From contig JBGSIV010000040.1 in the NCBI GenBank assembly GCA_041742355.1, positions 1 to 48,523 on the forward strand: 48,523 nucleotides of DNA, in the 5' to 3' direction. This document shows positions 46,833 to 48,523 of this stretch, one piece after another. The DNA comes from Candidatus Zixiibacteriota bacterium. GTDB lineage: Bacteria > Zixibacteria > MSB-5A5 > GN15 > FEB-12. A model generated the notes under the pieces. It was not told the origin of the DNA and did no database searches. It was given only the letters and a program-made list of their open reading frames with translations. Made by a program: the position numbers and the translations under genes. Within the stretch, counting starts at the first letter, position 1. The number at the start of each line of letters is the position of its first letter.

Positions 46833-47546
46833 ATGATTCGGATACTCTACATAATCCTGGCCCTCGCCACCGTTTTTGCGACCACCGTTCAGGCGCAAGT
46901 GGCTTCGATCTGGATGGCCCCGGAGACGACCTATACCCAGCGCGACACGTTCACTACCATTACCGTCTACTGCAACAGCGCGCTGACCGGTGTAAAGGGC
47001 TTCCACTTCGACTTCGACATGAATACCGGCGGCACGGTCATAGCGCCGGCGGATGATCCCACTGATACATCCGTAATGCTCGGCAGCACCTTTGTCGACA
47101 ACGATACCGCCACATTCCTGTGGAACTATCTGTGGACCGATTCGAGCCGCCTGTCAGTTGACATCCTTGTCCTCACCGACAGCCAGACGGTGAGCGGACC
47201 GGGTGAACTTCTGGTAATCCGCATGAATACCGTTCACTTCGGCGCAACCGATGTCACCATCGCGGGACTGAAACTTCGCGACCGTTTCAATCAGCCGATT
47301 TCGGCTGAAGTCGATGGCTGCTGGCTTAAGGTTTGCCAGTTCCTGGGCGATTTGAACGCCGACAACCGGGTGAATATATCCGACCTGACGTACATGGTTG
47401 ACTACCTCTTTCGGAATGGCCCGGCATCGAACCCGATGGCGGCTGGGGACACGAATTGCAGCGGTGCCGTTCTGGTGAACGATCTCACCCTGTTCGTCAA
47501 CTACCTCTTCCGCTACGGGGTCATGGACTGCGCGACGTGCTTGTGA
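46833..47546 (+). CDS. Secreted cohesin-like plus dockerin-like protein
   Basis: Start at ATG 46833; signal peptide; VSGPGELL.I.M beta-sandwich; GDLNADNRVNISDLTYMVDYLF and GDTNCSG.V.VNDL repeats. Confidence 0.75.
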   Translation: MIRILYIILALATVFATTVQAQVASIWMAPETTYTQRDTFTTITVYCNSALTGVKGFHFDFDMNTGGTVIAPADDPTDTSVMLGSTFVDNDTATFLWNYLWTDSSRLSVDILVLTDSQTVSGPGELLVIRMNTVHFGATDVTIAGLKLRDRFNQPISAEVDGCWLKVCQFLGDLNADNRVNISDLTYMVDYLFRNGPASNPMAAGDTNCSGAVLVNDLTLFVNYLFRYGVMDCATCL

Positions 47547-48306
47547 TGATCTGTTCTGCTGACAGCGCGGTACCCGGAGCGTTGTGGCCCCAAGCGTTGT
47601 AACCTGAAGCGTGGATCCCAGGGGGCGCGGGGACGGTTTTGCATCTTCTCTGGAGCGATACGAGGTGTGTTCCTTCGGCGCCGCCCGGCGGGATAGATCG
47701 GGGGAGTTGAGAGACCGGTTGTCTCTGTTGACTCATGGTGACTGTGTGGGTGAGTGCACTTCCGTCAACCCGCCCCGGCCCAGCGTATCCGAGCATAGAT
47801 AGTAGCGCGCAGGGATTAGCGACATTTTGGATAACGGCACAGACATGCGCTTCGCTGTGTCATCCGCGCACCCTAAAATCCCTTCCAATTGGCTGAATAG
47901 CCGAAGGTGAGAGAACCAAGCCAGGGGGGCCGTGATCAGAACCCAATTGTGGGTATTCGTACAATGCAGACTCGATCAGTCTCCACGATGGAATTACTCC
48001 CCTTGCTGTCGGCAGTTTAACCAAGCCAATACGCTTGACTCAGGTGCCAGGGGGCGGCGCGAATACCGTGGGAGCAGTAAGGCTTGACTTGGAGACTTCA
48101 CCCTTGTCCATAGACGTCTTCCTGAGGGCAGTCTGATGCCCCCCATCTCCATCGAAACACCTACTTTGGAGTGAGCACGCCGCAACGTATCAACGTGTCC
48201 TCCAAACCAACCGTGATCGAGAAGGCGAAGAGCTGCGAAAGGGGCTTCGACACTGCGCTCAGTATAAGCCGGGCATTCCAGAGACGAAGCTGAATCATCC
48301 CCAGTA

Positions 48307-48337
48307 CCTCTCCCCACCCGGTGGGGGTGGGGAGAGG
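48307..48337 (-). terminator. 13-bp hairpin downstream of the terminal minus-strand gene
   Basis: CCTCTCCCCACCC-ggtgg-GGGTGGGGAGAGG. Confidence 0.6.
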
Positions 48338-48360
48338 GGGGGAGTCTGTTTGACGTGTGT

Positions 48361-48522
48361 TCAGTGGCAGATGGGAGCGGGACCGGTCTTGAACAGGAAG
48401 TTGACCAGGTACGTCAGATCGGCCACGTTGATGATGTCGCCCCCCTGACCATTGCAGTCGGCGGCAGCCGGGATAGCCGGCGGCGGACCGGTGCGGAACA
48501 GGAAGGTCACCAGGTACGTCAG
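48361..48522 (-). CDS. 3' end of a dockerin-like-domain protein (truncated by the window edge, absent from the ORF track)
   Basis: Manual translation gives LTYLVTFLFRTGPPPAIPAAADCNGQGGDIINVADLTYLVNFLFKTGPAPICH*. Confidence 0.85.
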   Translation of the reverse strand: MTYLVTFLFRTGPPPAIPAAADCNGQGGDIINVADLTYLVNFLFKTGPAPICH

Positions 48523-48523
48523 G

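Noticed and set aside
47628..47643. Sigma54-like GGGGACGGTTTTGCA
   Set aside because: Poor -24 match and no credible downstream gene.

Overview
GC-rich bacterial chromosomal window. The PorV-like gene, FlgD/T9SS-type C-terminal domains and many 'DLTYLVxYLF' dockerin-like repeats suggest an FCB-superphylum organism such as a Zixibacteria-like lineage (inference). In order it contains: (1) a secreted CTD protein and a PorV-family gene; (2) a Ser/Thr kinase-TolB_N-TPR gene, a GAF/sigma54 enhancer-binding protein and a sigma54-driven lipoprotein; (3) rpe, a GH38 alpha-mannosidase and a sugar ABC transporter; (4) a complete hdrCBA-mvhDGA-maturation protease operon behind a Rex-like operator; (5) Lrp, EamA and a flavin-binding protein; (6) a minus-strand module of RsbW-like kinase, STAS protein, ECF sigma, anti-sigma, a 35x9-aa repeat protein, a metallopeptidase/beta-propeller/beta-barrel protein (frameshifted in a (GC)5 tract) and PrsW; (7) a WYL regulator islet with ARPP-1, small ORFs, a NERD-helicase and repeated palindromic operators; (8) a 1831-aa secreted beta-helix protein and several cohesin/dockerin-like proteins. 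Module 6 is the best candidate for an undescribed system, and module 7 is second. No rRNA, tRNA, CRISPR array or intact transposase was recognised. All product calls come from motif recognition by eye; no database search was run.
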